DNA of 64,000 bases. Source: Eutreptiella sp. 'Long Island Sound 2002' (taxonomy: Eukaryota > Protista > Euglenida). The notes under the pieces were generated by a model, which saw only the letters and a list, made by a program, of their open reading frames with translations, searched no databases and was not told where the DNA came from. The position numbers and the translations under genes are program-made. The stretch lies in NCBI GenBank assembly GCA_964036045.1, contig OZ038378.1, forward strand, positions 198,834,001 through 198,898,000, read 5' to 3'. Below are positions 47,383 through 59,870 of the stretch, one piece after another (positions within the stretch are counted from its first letter, which is position 1; every line of letters begins with the position of its first letter).

Positions 47383-50018
47383 CAGCAGCTATGCTTCCAG
47401 TAGCACAGTCTCCTTCGGCTGCTAGGTTGATCTCAAGTCTGGTTGGTCATTATGTCGTGCTATGTTCCCGGCAAAGTGGTATGGTCCCATGGCACTGGAA
47501 AGACCTAAATGGCCCTGGAAAATGGAGAAGTGTTGTGACAACCGTGTGTCTGCTCCCACCGTAGGGATGCTTCTCGGGGTAAGGAGTGGGTGATGTTGTA
47601 CTTTTGTCCAGAAAAATAACCAGGGTTTCAAAGTGTTGCTTCTACTGCTAGGGCGTGACTGGCTACTTGCTGGTGATCACTAGCTGGGCCTTACATGATG
47701 AGCATAGGTAGGTGGAGAGTCGGGTCCATCATGACACCCAACCCCTGATCATACCTTCCAATAAGATGGCATTAAGGGCCATACGGCAGACTGCTCAACT
47801 TCTTTGTACCAGACCCAACACTCTGCATATTCCAGTGTTTCTTGAGTCTCAAGGTAAGGTGACCAAAACAACACCACATGTTGATCATGTCAGCGTTGCG
47901 TTTGTTGTTTCACCTGCAAAGCCGCAGAACCCTTTGAACCCCGAGTGCCATTCAGGAATGCTGTGACATCTGCCTACCTGCTGCCGTGGGTGACCATCTA
48001 CTTGTTTGTGATCACCGGCTGAGCCTCAGTGCCTCACCACCTTTGGTTGACCAACACCTGCCAGCAATTATTTCCCATTGCCAGTCATGAATTACTGAGA
48101 ATTTACGTATCTCTGCTTGCGTTGCAACCTACTGCATAGGTTCTCTCGGTTCTTCCTGTCTTGTTGATTGCCCAAGGAGTCCTGCCTTTTCCAAAAGCAC
48201 GTACGGCAAAAGGCACTTTTACCTGTGCAAACCAAGGACTATGTGCCCCCAACCCCCCAACACCCAGGCATTATGCCAACCGCCCCCCAAGCCCCCCTTT
48301 GCGAGAATAGGGTGTGGACCGGCGGTGAGACAGTCAGGGATGGCTCGATTTGCCTATTGCAAGTAAATCACCAGCTTTTTTGCTCATTTCCACCACATCC
48401 ACTCCTTTCCGGGTTGATTTCTCCCCACCATGGGGACTCTGAGAAGGCAAGGGTGATGTAGCTATATTGATATCCCTCCACGATGGGGACCCCAAGAAGG
48501 TAGAGGTATAGATCTCTCACCACCATGGGAACCCTTAGAAGGCAGCCTTGATGTAGCCATTTGACTCAACCCCCTGGTGCTATTGAGGAAACCGGGCCAA
48601 TCTTTGTTACATTTTTCCATTGTGTTGCACTCCGATGTGTTGCCATGTATGTGATAAGTGATGCAAGGGGCGGATCATCATTTGCTCTATTCTACTTGCA
48701 CATCCATTGTGAAACAGGCACCTTGAGCTCAGTATATGGTGGCACCACAATCAGTTTCAGACCTGCTTCCATGCTATTGTGTGTTACCAAGTCCTTCAAA
48801 CTGCCAAAGGTACCACCGGTTGGCCTGAATTACCGGCAATACAAACCCGAGGACTAAGGGCTGAAATTGCCTATGGCGGGGCATTCAGTCAATGAGAACC
48901 GACCATACAATACTGCTTTTTTTGCCCCATGTGCACATCTGCTTCCCCAAGGGTGCATGGATTCTAGGGTGGTCGTAGTATAACTATTGGGCGCTGTGCG
49001 CGCATTGTGCGGAAACACCGGGGCTCTCGGTGTTCTGTGTTAGTGGCGTCTGTGGGGGAATGCCGTGCACACAGTGCACACGCAGTGCAAAGTTTTGTAT
49101 GTGAGCAAATACTTGAACCCTAGTTTTGGCCCCTTGGGGGAGCACTTTACGCAGCACGCGCACAGCGCGTGCGCGGTGCCAAGGGCCATACGAGGGGTAG
49201 CGAACCTGGCGCCGAATACAAAACTGGGTGAGGTACAACAAGATGCGAATTTGTGAAGGGTAGTCCCATTGCCCCTCCAAATATTGCGATAGCCATTGTA
49301 CCCACGGGATCTTAACAGTGATGTACACCACGGAAACGAAAGTTGGGTCCGACAATATCGCAGCCCAACGACAAGTTTCGCCCCACACCAACCGCTACCT
49401 TGTGCCATGGCTGAGCGTCGAGGGCGAGATCTTCAAAGAGCAACAATCGACATTTCTTACGCGCCTCGTCTTGCCCAATCTAGCACGGATGTTCAATGGA
49501 CAGCAACAAACAACATTTCCTACCCAAGAGTATCACGGATCAGGCCCAAATCCCTAGACGAGGGCCCCCGGGGTAGGAACTGTGGGTGCTTGGGTGGGCC
49601 AGAAGGCTGAATTTCCCCCCTATGTGCCCCCTCATGTGTTGGTTGTTATCTTGTGGGCTTTGCGGATTTGCTGTGCTAGCAGACAGGTGGCAGGCGATTT
49701 TGGGTGAGTTTCCTGGCAAGTGCACGCAGTGCCCATGCAGTGCGCACACAGTGCAACAACTTGGCCTGGATCACAAGGCAGAGGGATGTGGGGTAGCATC
49801 TATTCTCCAGAGCAGCCCTATAGCGCCAAGAGGCTCCAATGAACTGCTGCCTTCCCGCGAGAGGGCTACAATGTACAATTGTTTAGGAAATTGTTTTCTG
49901 CTTATGCCTGTGGGATTGGGGTTTTTTCCAACAGCGTGTCTGTACGTTCATGTGCTCATTGTTGGTGCTTTGGTATGGCACATGATCTGCAGCTGTCTCG
50001 ACTTAATTGTGCATGCTC

Positions 50019-50045
50019 ACTGTCTGAGTGTCTATTTTTTTTTCG
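50019..50045 (+). other. Spliced-leader exon relic (duplicated copy)
   Basis: ACTGTCTGAGTGTCTATTTTTTTTTCG followed by GCGCCATG, identical to 53471-53497. Confidence 0.85.
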
Positions 50046-50050
50046 GCGCC

Positions 50051-50344
50051 ATGCATTTCTTCCGCCCCCTGAAGAGCTCCTCAAAGACAGGATTAATCAA
50101 GCGCATGGCTGAGGCTTACCCCGAGGTGGAGGAGTACCAGGAATACTTGCCCAATGTAGAGTCAGAGTTGCGCATGCTCGCCCTCGAGTACTTGGGCTCC
50201 AAATTGGACGCCAACTACTGCATCGCTTTGCCAGAGGCGCAGGAGCTGCTGCTGCGGTTGGACGCCATCAGCAAATATGTTCAAGTTGAGCAAATGCCAG
50301 CAACACTCAAAGAAATTCAATTCTCGTCATGTGTGCAGGTTTGA
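50051..50344 (+). pseudogene. Truncated chimeric PLC 5' copy created by the duplication (97 aa)
   Basis: MHFFRPLK...LDAISKY is identical to the PLC N-terminus, then VQVEQMPATLKEIQFSSCVQV* is read from the BTB-pseudogene sequence across the junction. Confidence 0.85.
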
Positions 50345-53300
50345 GGTGCAGGTCCGGGCTGTAGATGCATCATGCAAAGCATCCACGCTTCTTTAACTGA
50401 AGGAAAGCCAAATGTTGGGCGGGCATAGGCACGTTATGGAAAAGCACACAATGCAAATCAGAGTCCCCAAAGTTGCTTTTTACAGGGATGCCCATGCATT
50501 TTTCCACCCCTTTGATGCTTTTGGGGTTGGGTGGAGGCTAGACATTCGTTTCTGCTACAACGATGAGCGCAGGTCTAAGTATGTTCTGGTCCGCAAGCAT
50601 AAATCTGGGGTTTTGCACACGCCATTTCCAGGAAGCACCTACGTTGCCACCTTTCCACATCCAAGTGGGAGTCTAGATCTTTTGAAACAAGGTTCATCAG
50701 AACTAAAATTGCGTAATGGGGCGGTGTCAGGAGAGGTGACGATTACGTGGAAGGCAGCAAACCCATGGTGCAGTTTTGCACAAAGCGATCAGCATATCAT
50801 TGTACAGTCCTCTTTGCTGTACATGCATGCATGACAGCAGCTATGCTTCCAGTAGCACAGTCTCCTTCGGCTGCTAGGTTGATCTCAAGTCTGGTTGGTC
50901 ATTATGTCGTGCTATGTTCCCGGCAAAGTGGTATGGTCCCATGGCACTGGAAAGACCTAAATGGCCCTGGAAAATGGAGAAGTGTTGTGACAACCGTGTG
51001 TCTGCTCCCACCGTAGGGATGCTTCTCGGGGTAAGGAGTGGGTGATGTTGTACTTTTGTCCAGAAAAATAACCAGGGTTTCAAAGTGTTGCTTCTACTGC
51101 TAGGGCGTGACTGGCTACTTGCTGGTGATCACTAGCTGGGCCTTACATGATGAGCATAGGTAGGTGGAGAGTCGGGTCCATCATGACACCCAACCCCTGA
51201 TCATACCTTCCAATAAGATGGCATTAAGGGCCATACGGCAGACTGCTCAACTTCTTTGTACCAGACCCAACACTCTGCATATTCCAGTGTTTCTTGAGTC
51301 TCAAGGTAAGGTGACCAAAACAACACCACATGTTGATCATGTCAGCGTTGCGTTTGTTGTTTCACCTGCAAAGCCGCAGAACCCTTTGAACCCCGAGTGC
51401 CATTCAGGAATGCTGTGACATCTGCCTACCTGCTGCCGTGGGTGACCATCTACTTGTTTGTGATCACCGGCTGAGCCTCAGTGCCTCACCACCTTTGGTT
51501 GACCAACACCTGCCAGCAATTATTTCCCATTGCCAGTCATGAATTACTGAGAATTTACGTATCTCTGCTTGCGTTGCAACCTACTGCATAGGTTCTCTCG
51601 GTTCTTCCTGTCTTGTTGATTGCCCAAGGAGTCCTGCCTTTTCCAAAAGCACGTACGGCAAAAGGCACTTTTACCTGTGCAAACCAAGGACTATGTGCCC
51701 CCAACCCCCCAACACCCAGGCATTATGCCAACCGCCCCCCAAGCCCCCCTTTGCGAGAATAGGGTGTGGACCGGCGGTGAGACAGTCAGGGATGGCTCGA
51801 TTTGCCTATTGCAAGTAAATCACCAGCTTTTTTGCTCATTTCCACCACATCCACTCCTTTCCGGGTTGATTTCTCCCCACCATGGGGACTCTGAGAAGGC
51901 AAGGGTGATGTAGCTATATTGATATCCCTCCACGATGGGGACCCCAAGAAGGTAGAGGTATAGATCTCTCACCACCATGGGAACCCTTAGAAGGCAGCCT
52001 TGATGTAGCCATTTGACTCAACCCCCTGGTGCTATTGAGGAAACCGGGCCAATCTTTGTTACATTTTTCCATTGTGTTGCACTCCGATGTGTTGCCATGT
52101 ATGTGATAAGTGATGCAAGGGGCGGATCATCATTTGCTCTATTCTACTTGCACATCCATTGTGAAACAGGCACCTTGAGCTCAGTATATGGTGGCACCAC
52201 AATCAGTTTCAGACCTGCTTCCATGCTATTGTGTGTTACCAAGTCCTTCAAACTGCCAAAGGTACCACCGGTTGGCCTGAATTACCGGCAATACAAACCC
52301 GAGGACTAAGGGCTGAAATTGCCTATGGCGGGGCATTCAGTCAATGAGAACCGACCATACAATACTGCTTTTTTTGCCCCATGTGCACATCTGCTTCCCC
52401 AAGGGTGCATGGATTCTAGGGTGGTCGTAGTATAACTATTGGGCGCTGTGCGCGCATTGTGCGGAAACACCGGGGCTCTCGGTGTTCTGTGTTAGTGGCG
52501 TCTGTGGGGGAATGCCGTGCACACAGTGCACACGCAGTGCAAAGTTTTGTATGTGAGCAAATACTTGAACCCTAGTTTTGGCCCCTTGGGGGAGCACTTT
52601 ACGCAGCACGCGCACAGCGCGTGCGCGGTGCCAAGGGCCATACGAGGGGTAGCGAACCTGGCGCCGAATACAAAACTGGGTGAGGTACAACAAGATGCGA
52701 ATTTGTGAAGGGTAGTCCCATTGCCCCTCCAAATATTGCGATAGCCATTGTACCCACGGGATCTTAACAGTGATGTACACCACGGAAACGAAAGTTGGGT
52801 CCGACAATATCGCAGCCCAACGACAAGTTTCGCCCCACACCAACCGCTACCTTGTGCCATGGCTGAGCGTCGAGGGCGAGATCTTCAAAGAGCAACAATC
52901 GACATTTCTTACGCGCCTCGTCTTGCCCAATCTAGCACGGATGTTCAATGGACAGCAACAAACAACATTTCCTACCCAAGAGTATCACGGATCAGGCCCA
53001 AATCCCTAGACGAGGGCCCCCGGGGTAGGAACTGTGGGTGCTTGGGTGGGCCAGAAGGCTGAATTTCCCCCCTATGTGCCCCCTCATGTGTTGGTTGTTA
53101 TCTTGTGGGCTTTGCGGATTTGCTGTGCTAGCAGACAGGTGGCAGGCGATTTTGGGTGAGTTTCCTGGCAAGTGCACGCAGTGCCCATGCAGTGCGCACA
53201 CAGTGCAACAACTTGGCCTGGATCACAAGGCAGAGGGATGTGGGGTAGCATCTATTCTCCAGAGCAGCCCTATAGCGCCAAGAGGCTCCAATGAACTGCT

Positions 53301-53470
53301 GCCTTCCCGCGAGAGGGCTACAATGTACAATTGTTTAGGAAATTGTTTTCTGCTTATGCCTGTGGGATTGGGGTTTTTTCCAACAGCGTGTCTGTACGTT
53401 CATGTGCTCATTGTTGGTGCTTTGGTATGGCACATGATCTGCAGCTGTCTCGACTTAATTGTGCATGCTC

Positions 53471-53497
53471 ACTGTCTGAGTGTCTATTTTTTTTTCG
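53471..53497 (+). other. Spliced-leader exon relic directly upstream of the PLC start codon
   Basis: It differs from the Euglena gracilis 26-nt SL exon (ACTTTCTGAGTGTCTATTTTTTTTCG, recalled from the literature) by one substitution and one extra T. It is not followed by a GT donor. Confidence 0.85.
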
Positions 53498-53502
53498 GCG
53501 CC

Positions 53503-56316
53503 ATGCATTTCTTCCGCCCCCTGAAGAGCTCCTCAAAGACAGGATTAATCAAGCGCATGGCTGAGGCTTACCCCGAGGTGGAGGAGTACCAGGAATACTT
53601 GCCCAATGTAGAGTCAGAGTTGCGCATGCTCGCCCTCGAGTACTTGGGCTCCAAATTGGACGCCAACTACTGCATCGCTTTGCCAGAGGCGCAGGAGCTG
53701 CTGCTGCGGTTGGACGCCATCAGCAAATATGATATGAATAAGTGCAAGCACTGCCAAGAGCAGGTGGCGGTGTTTTTCGAGGAGCTGGACACAGGCAAGG
53801 CCCGTGCCCTGGATTTTCACCATTTTGTGCAACTATGGCGGAAGGCACTGGACCTGTATCCTGAACTGGACGAAGTGTACCAGAAGTGCACTGCACGATC
53901 TTCCAAGAATTTTGCAGACCAAAATACTATGTCAATGGATGAATATGACCAATTCTTGGCTACTCACCAGGGCATTTGGAGTGATGAAGCCCGCAGTTCC
54001 ATAAAAAAGCGCCTTCCAGAGAGTGTCCAACGAACAAAGCGGCTCAGCCGAAAGGAGTTCGAGCAAGAGTTCCGCAGCCCTTGGTACCAATGGACACCGC
54101 CACTATGTCCCCATCCCGTGCAGCCCATGGACCGCCCTCTATTGCACTACTGGATCTTTTCCAGCCACAATACATATTTAGAGGGCAACCAGTTGACCTC
54201 TTACTCCTCTGCGGACATGTACAAACGTGCCCTCCTGGATGGCTGCAGATGCGTGGAACTTGACTGTTGGGATGGCTTCGATGGAGAACCCATCATATAT
54301 CACGGATACACCGCCACTTCCAAGATCCTTTTTAAAGAGGTTGTGGAGGCCATCCGGGACACAGCCTTCACGACATCCCCATATCCTGTCATCCTCTCTC
54401 TGGAAGTACACTGCACTCTGCCTCAGCAGGAGAAGATGGCTACTATCCTCAAGGAAGTACTGGGCTCCTTGCTTAAGTGGCCACCCACCTGCCAAGTCTC
54501 TATCGACAGCAAAGAATTTACTCCCGACGGCCTTCAGCGCTGCATCCTCGTCAAGAACAAGACCCTCCGGGACCGTTACTGGGAAGAAGAGCAAGATCCT
54601 CCCCTCGCAGATGACTGGGACAGGGATATGCGGCAGCCAGAGCATGTCCCCAGGCGAAGAAGCACCTGTGACCTTCCTGATGAATTGAAGTCCAGCTTCA
54701 GCATCGAAACTGACGAGGTTTTTCAGATGAATTTCAGCGGATGTGGGCCTTGTTTAGGAGGAGACCCTGACAGCGCTTCAAGACGCACCATCCGCAGGAG
54801 ATCAGCAGCGGAGACAAAGATGGATGACAAAGGCTGGAAGGTGATAGGGGGCGCTGCTCCAAGACATGCAGTGCGCAGTACTGGCACAAGGAGAGTGGAA
54901 AAGACTTCTGTACCATTTGATCCCAACTTGCAGCAGTCTTTCAGTGAGCCCTGCCTCGTCCGAACATTCAACGACCTCAGCCTGCATTCACTGGAATCGA
55001 TCCCTACATTGCAGACAATTGAGATGGACAGCCAGCGCCAGGACACAATAGGGTGCTACAGCAGCCGACAAGACACCCTACAAAGCCAGCAAATCCAAAG
55101 CCGACAAAGTGCTGCTTGCCTGGGCAGTCCGGATTCTAGCAGAGGCACGACGAACACGGATCCTGGCAGCCAAGAAGGTACCCAACGGACCAGCCACGTG
55201 TTGAATGAGGCATCTCTTTCACTAATGGAGGACAGAGATTCCTGTGAGCCCGTTGACCTTATCGCTGATGATGATAAAGACATCAGTTTTCACCGGACGC
55301 CCCCAACGCCCACGCGTGGCTTGCGTTGCTCCATCAGCTCTGGCAGCCCTCAGGGGCTGGCTAGCCATGGCTTCAGCCCCAGAACGCCCATTAACAGCCC
55401 ACACAGCCCACACAGCCCATTTAGCCTCAGGCCAATAAGGCGTGACAGCACTTGCAGCAACCCAAGCAAACGCAATGCCAAGATGGTGCATGTGGAGTTG
55501 TCCCGGATCACATGGATGATGGCAGTGAAATTCAAGACCATTGAGCAACGCATTGTTGAGGCTGACCACTTCGAAGTGTTTTCGCTGAAGGAGCTGAAAG
55601 CCAAAGAGTTGACCCGCAAACAGAATTCTGAGTTCCGCTTGCTCAACACAAAGTGCTTCTCTCGCACGTACCCTGAAGGCAAAAGGGTCACCTCCACCAA
55701 TTATCGCCCCCTTCCTTTCTACTCTGCTGGCTGTCACATGGTGGCCCTCAACCTCCAGACGCCAGATCCTCCGGTGTGGCAGACACGCGCGCTATTCTCC
55801 ACGAACAATAACTGTGGCTATGTCCTCAAGCCACCTCACATCCTGAATGAAGCGGCAAGTTCTGTCCAGCCCATTCGCCTGACGGTGACTGTGATATCAG
55901 GGCGGTGGTTGACCGGAGAGCGGGGCACACAGGGTGTGCAACCTGCCGTGGAGGTTAGCCTGATCGACCCAGACAGTACCCAAAAGCAGAGCGACAATAC
56001 TACGGCACACTGTGGCAACGTCTACAACCCCGTGTGGGAGGAGACTTTCACCTTTGTAGTGACCGACCCGACGGTCAGTTGCCTTACTTTGAAAGTGGTG
56101 GATGGCAATTGCATGAAGTTCAGTGACGATTTTGTCGCACAGAACACAGCAATGGTCTCGGCACTAGAAATGGGCTATCGCATCGTCCCCTTGTACCAGA
56201 AGGATGGCGCGCCCATTCCCAAGGCACATTTGCTGGTGCATTTGCACAGGTCAAAAGGCCCTGACCTGTGCAGCACCTCGTACAAGTCTGAGGTTGAGGA
56301 TCCGCATCGGGAGTAA
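53503..56316 (+). CDS. PLC: Phosphoinositide-specific phospholipase C (EF-hand, X, long linker, Y, C2), intronless, 937 aa
   Basis: X box: [41 protein letters not shown] box: [29 protein letters not shown]2: [19 protein letters not shown]-like [15 protein letters not shown]. No stops. The start ATG was chosen because it follows the SL relic. Confidence 0.97.
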   Translation: MHFFRPLKSSSKTGLIKRMAEAYPEVEEYQEYLPNVESELRMLALEYLGSKLDANYCIALPEAQELLLRLDAISKYDMNKCKHCQEQVAVFFEELDTGKARALDFHHFVQLWRKALDLYPELDEVYQKCTARSSKNFADQNTMSMDEYDQFLATHQGIWSDEARSSIKKRLPESVQRTKRLSRKEFEQEFRSPWYQWTPPLCPHPVQPMDRPLLHYWIFSSHNTYLEGNQLTSYSSADMYKRALLDGCRCVELDCWDGFDGEPIIYHGYTATSKILFKEVVEAIRDTAFTTSPYPVILSLEVHCTLPQQEKMATILKEVLGSLLKWPPTCQVSIDSKEFTPDGLQRCILVKNKTLRDRYWEEEQDPPLADDWDRDMRQPEHVPRRRSTCDLPDELKSSFSIETDEVFQMNFSGCGPCLGGDPDSASRRTIRRRSAAETKMDDKGWKVIGGAAPRHAVRSTGTRRVEKTSVPFDPNLQQSFSEPCLVRTFNDLSLHSLESIPTLQTIEMDSQRQDTIGCYSSRQDTLQSQQIQSRQSAACLGSPDSSRGTTNTDPGSQEGTQRTSHVLNEASLSLMEDRDSCEPVDLIADDDKDISFHRTPPTPTRGLRCSISSGSPQGLASHGFSPRTPINSPHSPHSPFSLRPIRRDSTCSNPSKRNAKMVHVELSRITWMMAVKFKTIEQRIVEADHFEVFSLKELKAKELTRKQNSEFRLLNTKCFSRTYPEGKRVTSTNYRPLPFYSAGCHMVALNLQTPDPPVWQTRALFSTNNNCGYVLKPPHILNEAASSVQPIRLTVTVISGRWLTGERGTQGVQPAVEVSLIDPDSTQKQSDNTTAHCGNVYNPVWEETFTFVVTDPTVSCLTLKVVDGNCMKFSDDFVAQNTAMVSALEMGYRIVPLYQKDGAPIPKAHLLVHLHRSKGPDLCSTSYKSEVEDPHRE

Positions 56317-58647
56317 GGCAGCCCACGGCGACGGGAAGGCGTTGGAGCGGGTGCCGTGAGACCACAGCCTGACCACTGGCGCTTTACTGTTACCGGTACA
56401 GTCCATGTCCGCCACCATGCAGACCACTGCAGAGGCCGAGGAAGTATCAGCCTCCGATAAATGAACATCAAATTGATGTTAGAACAATTTATGATTGAAA
56501 ATACACCAAAGATTTGCAAGCGGTGAAAACCAAAAAACTATCCGGTTTTGTGCCAAGCCCCGGCCCCCCTTCTCCGAAATGTAAAAAAAGAACACCTGAC
56601 TGACATTTCTAACAACCTAGATGCACCAAAGTCTTACCTGTTCCAATGGTGTACGGTGTGTCGGAAGGAAGTTTCGAGACCATAATAGGCCCTCGCCCAG
56701 CCCCACTGAGCCCGGGCCTGCGTCTGGGATGGTCCTGGGAGGTTCCTTGGTGCTTCTGCCAACTGTTCAGCGGAAATGCCCTCTGAAACCACAATCAGCA
56801 CGGGAAAAGCGGGGAAATGCCCTTTGTGGACGCTTCAATGCGGGCTACGTCGCATGATGCGGCAGGTGGCACATCGGAAAGTGCTCCGGGCCAGAGCCGT
56901 GTAGGGAAATCCTGGCCTTTACCGGCGGATGCGGGGGCATCAATACTTGAGACCCACCCCCGAGCCCGCGCCTGACCCCAATGCAGACCCGACACCCTTA
57001 GGCATTCTCAACCATGTGCAGCCGCAGCATGCCACAGCACCCGTTTTTCGGAGCCGCACATGGGGGTTTTGAAGCATCCCGCGGCACCAAAAGTTTTGCT
57101 TCGTTTATGGTGATTGACATTTGTCTTGTCTGCTCCGTCTGCTCCGTCTGCTGTGTCTGCTCTGTTCGCACCGGACACATTCTGTCTGACCCATATCTTC
57201 TCGATTATTTGTCTCGTCATGGTTGAGTCAACACCACCATCAAATACACTACAGACGATCCGGATGGTGAAAGTGATCAATTTGACTCAACAGCGTGGTG
57301 CATGTTGTCTTTTGTTCAGGTTCCCACAGATGCCTAGGTACCTACATGTGCAGGTAGAAGCATGCCGCAGCAGCATGCCGCAGCACATGCCAAGGGACTG
57401 AACATGCTTGGTCATACTGTCAACTACGACGCCACAGATGTGTTTGTCATAGTATCCTCTGTGCTGAGGCGCGCCTGCAGGTGATGCCCATGGATTGCAA
57501 GCCTCCTGCCGCGCTGCTGGCCTCTCATGTTGTGCAACAGCTACTTGTGCGCCGTTTCCTGACCCCACCTCATGCCTCATCTTCGTCCTCGCCCAGCAGC
57601 CCCTCACTGCCCAACCACATTCCCGACTCCTGGAATTCCTTCTGCTGGGTGCCCTCAAGGAGCACAGCAGTGCGCTCGGGGCCAGTTTCTTGCATGCCCT
57701 TACGGAGACAACCCCTTGGTGGTAAGCACGGTTGTGTGGTTGGGATAGGTGGCGAAACCTCCAAGCCGCGCGTGCACCGCGTCAAATGCTCCCCCAAGTA
57801 TTCCCCTAGGTTTGTTCCCCTAAACTTGGAACCAAGCCAAGCACAGCATTGCTTGGGAGGCTGAAGGCTCAAACACCTCCGGACACCAAGTGGCGGCAAG
57901 CCAACCGAACGGGTGAGGCCGCCAGAGCAAGGATATCTAGCCCAATGTGGTGTTGCCTCCAACCACATGTCTATTCTGTCCCATCCATTCCCCCTTGATT
58001 GAGCATTGTGTACCATGAGTCACCCGTTGGCATGTGCGGCGGCATTCCCAACAACCTCAGGTACTAAGGATTTGTTATTCGCCGTCCCAATGTGTGCACA
58101 ACAGTGACAGTTTTCAGCCCCCACAGCTCATGCCCAGCGGCACACGCTCCACACCCATGCCACTGCTTGTGTTGTGTCCTGAGGAGTCCCCAGGGGATCT
58201 AGCGCTGCAGTCGGAGTAGGGCAATGGAGCTCCTTCTGCGGACGCCCTCCCTCGACCTTTGGCAAGGGGCTCAGGACAGGACCGACAGGGTCCACGTTGG
58301 AGATTTTGTGCAGCCTCGGGCTGCCATGCAATTGAAGTGTTGGGAACATGGTGCGGCCCTAAACGAACTGTTTCGCACCTTCTGCACCAGGTTTTTCAAT
58401 ACATCATGACTGGCCCCGTCAACGTTACACCTCCCTCCTGAATGCTTTCGAGGGTTGTATGATAAAGTAAAGTGGAGGTGCCAAAACCCCCTTGCCCCCC
58501 ATTGACAGAGCTGCATGTCGGTTCCCACTTTCTCTGACCATCTCCGTCGCCCTAACCCTTGACGTGTCCTTGAGGATGGGACTGTTCGTTTTCACAACAT
58601 TCCGAAACGTTGAAACGGTGGACTAGCGGATGCCGGCGGCTGATCAG

Positions 58648-58905
58648 TGGGGGCGCCTTAAGCACAGTGCGCACGCAGCGCGCGCGCAGTGCAACTATTT
58701 GGGCGTCTGGCCGTAGTAGAAACCCATACTTTGTGGTATTTTGGGCATCATTGTTGTTTGGTACTAGGTTTTGATGCATTGGGGTTATGGTTATTTTGGG
58801 ATTTTCACCCTGTTTCACCCATTTGTACCTTTTTGCACACATTTTTTGCTCATTTCCACCACACCCACTCTTTTTCTAGGTTGATTTCTCCCCATCATGG
58901 GGAAC
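58648..58905 (+). repeat. Dispersed repeat family R1 copy
   Basis: Aligns with 1685-1950 (gcagtgcaactatttgggc...cccatactttgtg...ctaggttgatttctcccc). Confidence 0.8.
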
Positions 58906-59657
58906 CCAGACGGCAGGGGCTATGTAGCCAATCACTTGTGGGCCACTTGTGATCCTGTCTCCCGCACCACGCGTTCTGAGAATCTCAAGAATCCCCTCCT
59001 CCAAAGGATGGTGGGTATCTTTCCGAAGGAGATTCAACCCCGGAGGAGAGGCACGCGAAGAATGACCCCACCCCGCGATGCCGTCTTGAAGGCACAGTAC
59101 TGTAGGCTGGATGGATTACCGCCACATTTGTGCCTACCAAGAGCTTGTTTGGTGCATGGGAGAGGTCCTCCAGCCAAGGGCCTGGTGACTGGCCTTGGCT
59201 TGGTGTGCCAACCTCAAGCAGCGTGTGGACAAGGGTGATCCCACGATGTCACCAAAGGTAGTTTACAACTTTCTTGAGCTGGGGCAGTTTGGGTCGCCTA
59301 ATTCTAAGGGCGTTTCAAAGGGGCGTGCCCGGGGGGAACATAGTCTAAAAGTAGCACACAGTGTGCGCGCAGTGCAAGGATTCCCCCAATGGTTGTGCAG
59401 TTGCATGTTCCTTTGGGGCCCGATTTGTACAACAGCAAGGATAAGGAGGACGGGCGGCTGCTCGTGTCCCAGCAACCCACGGTGGGACAGCCTGAGTTTG
59501 CCCGGAAGTATCATTCCCACGCGCCGGCCGGCTGTGTGCTTGGCTATCGGGGTGTGCTTGAGGGTTACACCAAATCAGTAGTGGCGGGGTTTACACCATG
59601 GGCCAACAGCCAGCAGAGGGGGAGTGGCACAGTGACGCTAGCAAGCTGTTAGTCCAA

Positions 59658-59870
59658 GCAGTGTTTGACAATGCTCATGGGGGTCCGAGAGCAAGCATGG
59701 CCATCACCTGCGGCCCTTTTTAGCCGATTCCCTGAGTCCACAGCCCGCAGATATCCTACCGAGCGGAGCTGATGGGACTGTGTGTGGCAGCCACCCTTGA
59801 TCCCTTAAGGTCCACTGTTACCCTTGACAACAAGGTTGTAGTTGGCTACGGACCACTTAAATTCCTCGGG
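59658..59870 (+). mobile_element. RNase H-like remnant of a decayed retrotransposon
   Basis: PQISYRAELMGLCVAATL...STVTLDNKVVV matches the RNase H AEL helix and the third acidic residue. Upstream stops are present. Flanks 59390-61400 look like the same kind of debris but are unresolved. Confidence 0.5.

Larger units (their letters stand above)
46827..53730. repeat. Tandem segmental duplication of a 3452-bp unit (46827-50278 and 50279-53730)
   Basis: All ORFs in the track recur at +3452 with identical translations. The junction aaatat-G-ttcaag has a 1-nt (G) overlap. Confidence 0.97.

Noticed and set aside
53038-53502. 155-aa N-terminal extension of PLC in the ORF track
   Set aside because: It starts at a non-ATG codon, does not look PLC-like, and runs through the SL relic. 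ATG 53503 is the better start.
53471-53520. SL RNA gene
   Set aside because: An SL RNA gene needs a GT donor right after the exon. Here GCGCCATG and a protein ORF follow, with no tandem SL or 5S context.
56500-56600. Poly(A) tail and target-site duplication of the PLC retrocopy
   Set aside because: Only short A-runs (56526-56537 and 56583-56589) are present and I found no direct repeat matching the sequence before the SL. These hallmarks are not supported.
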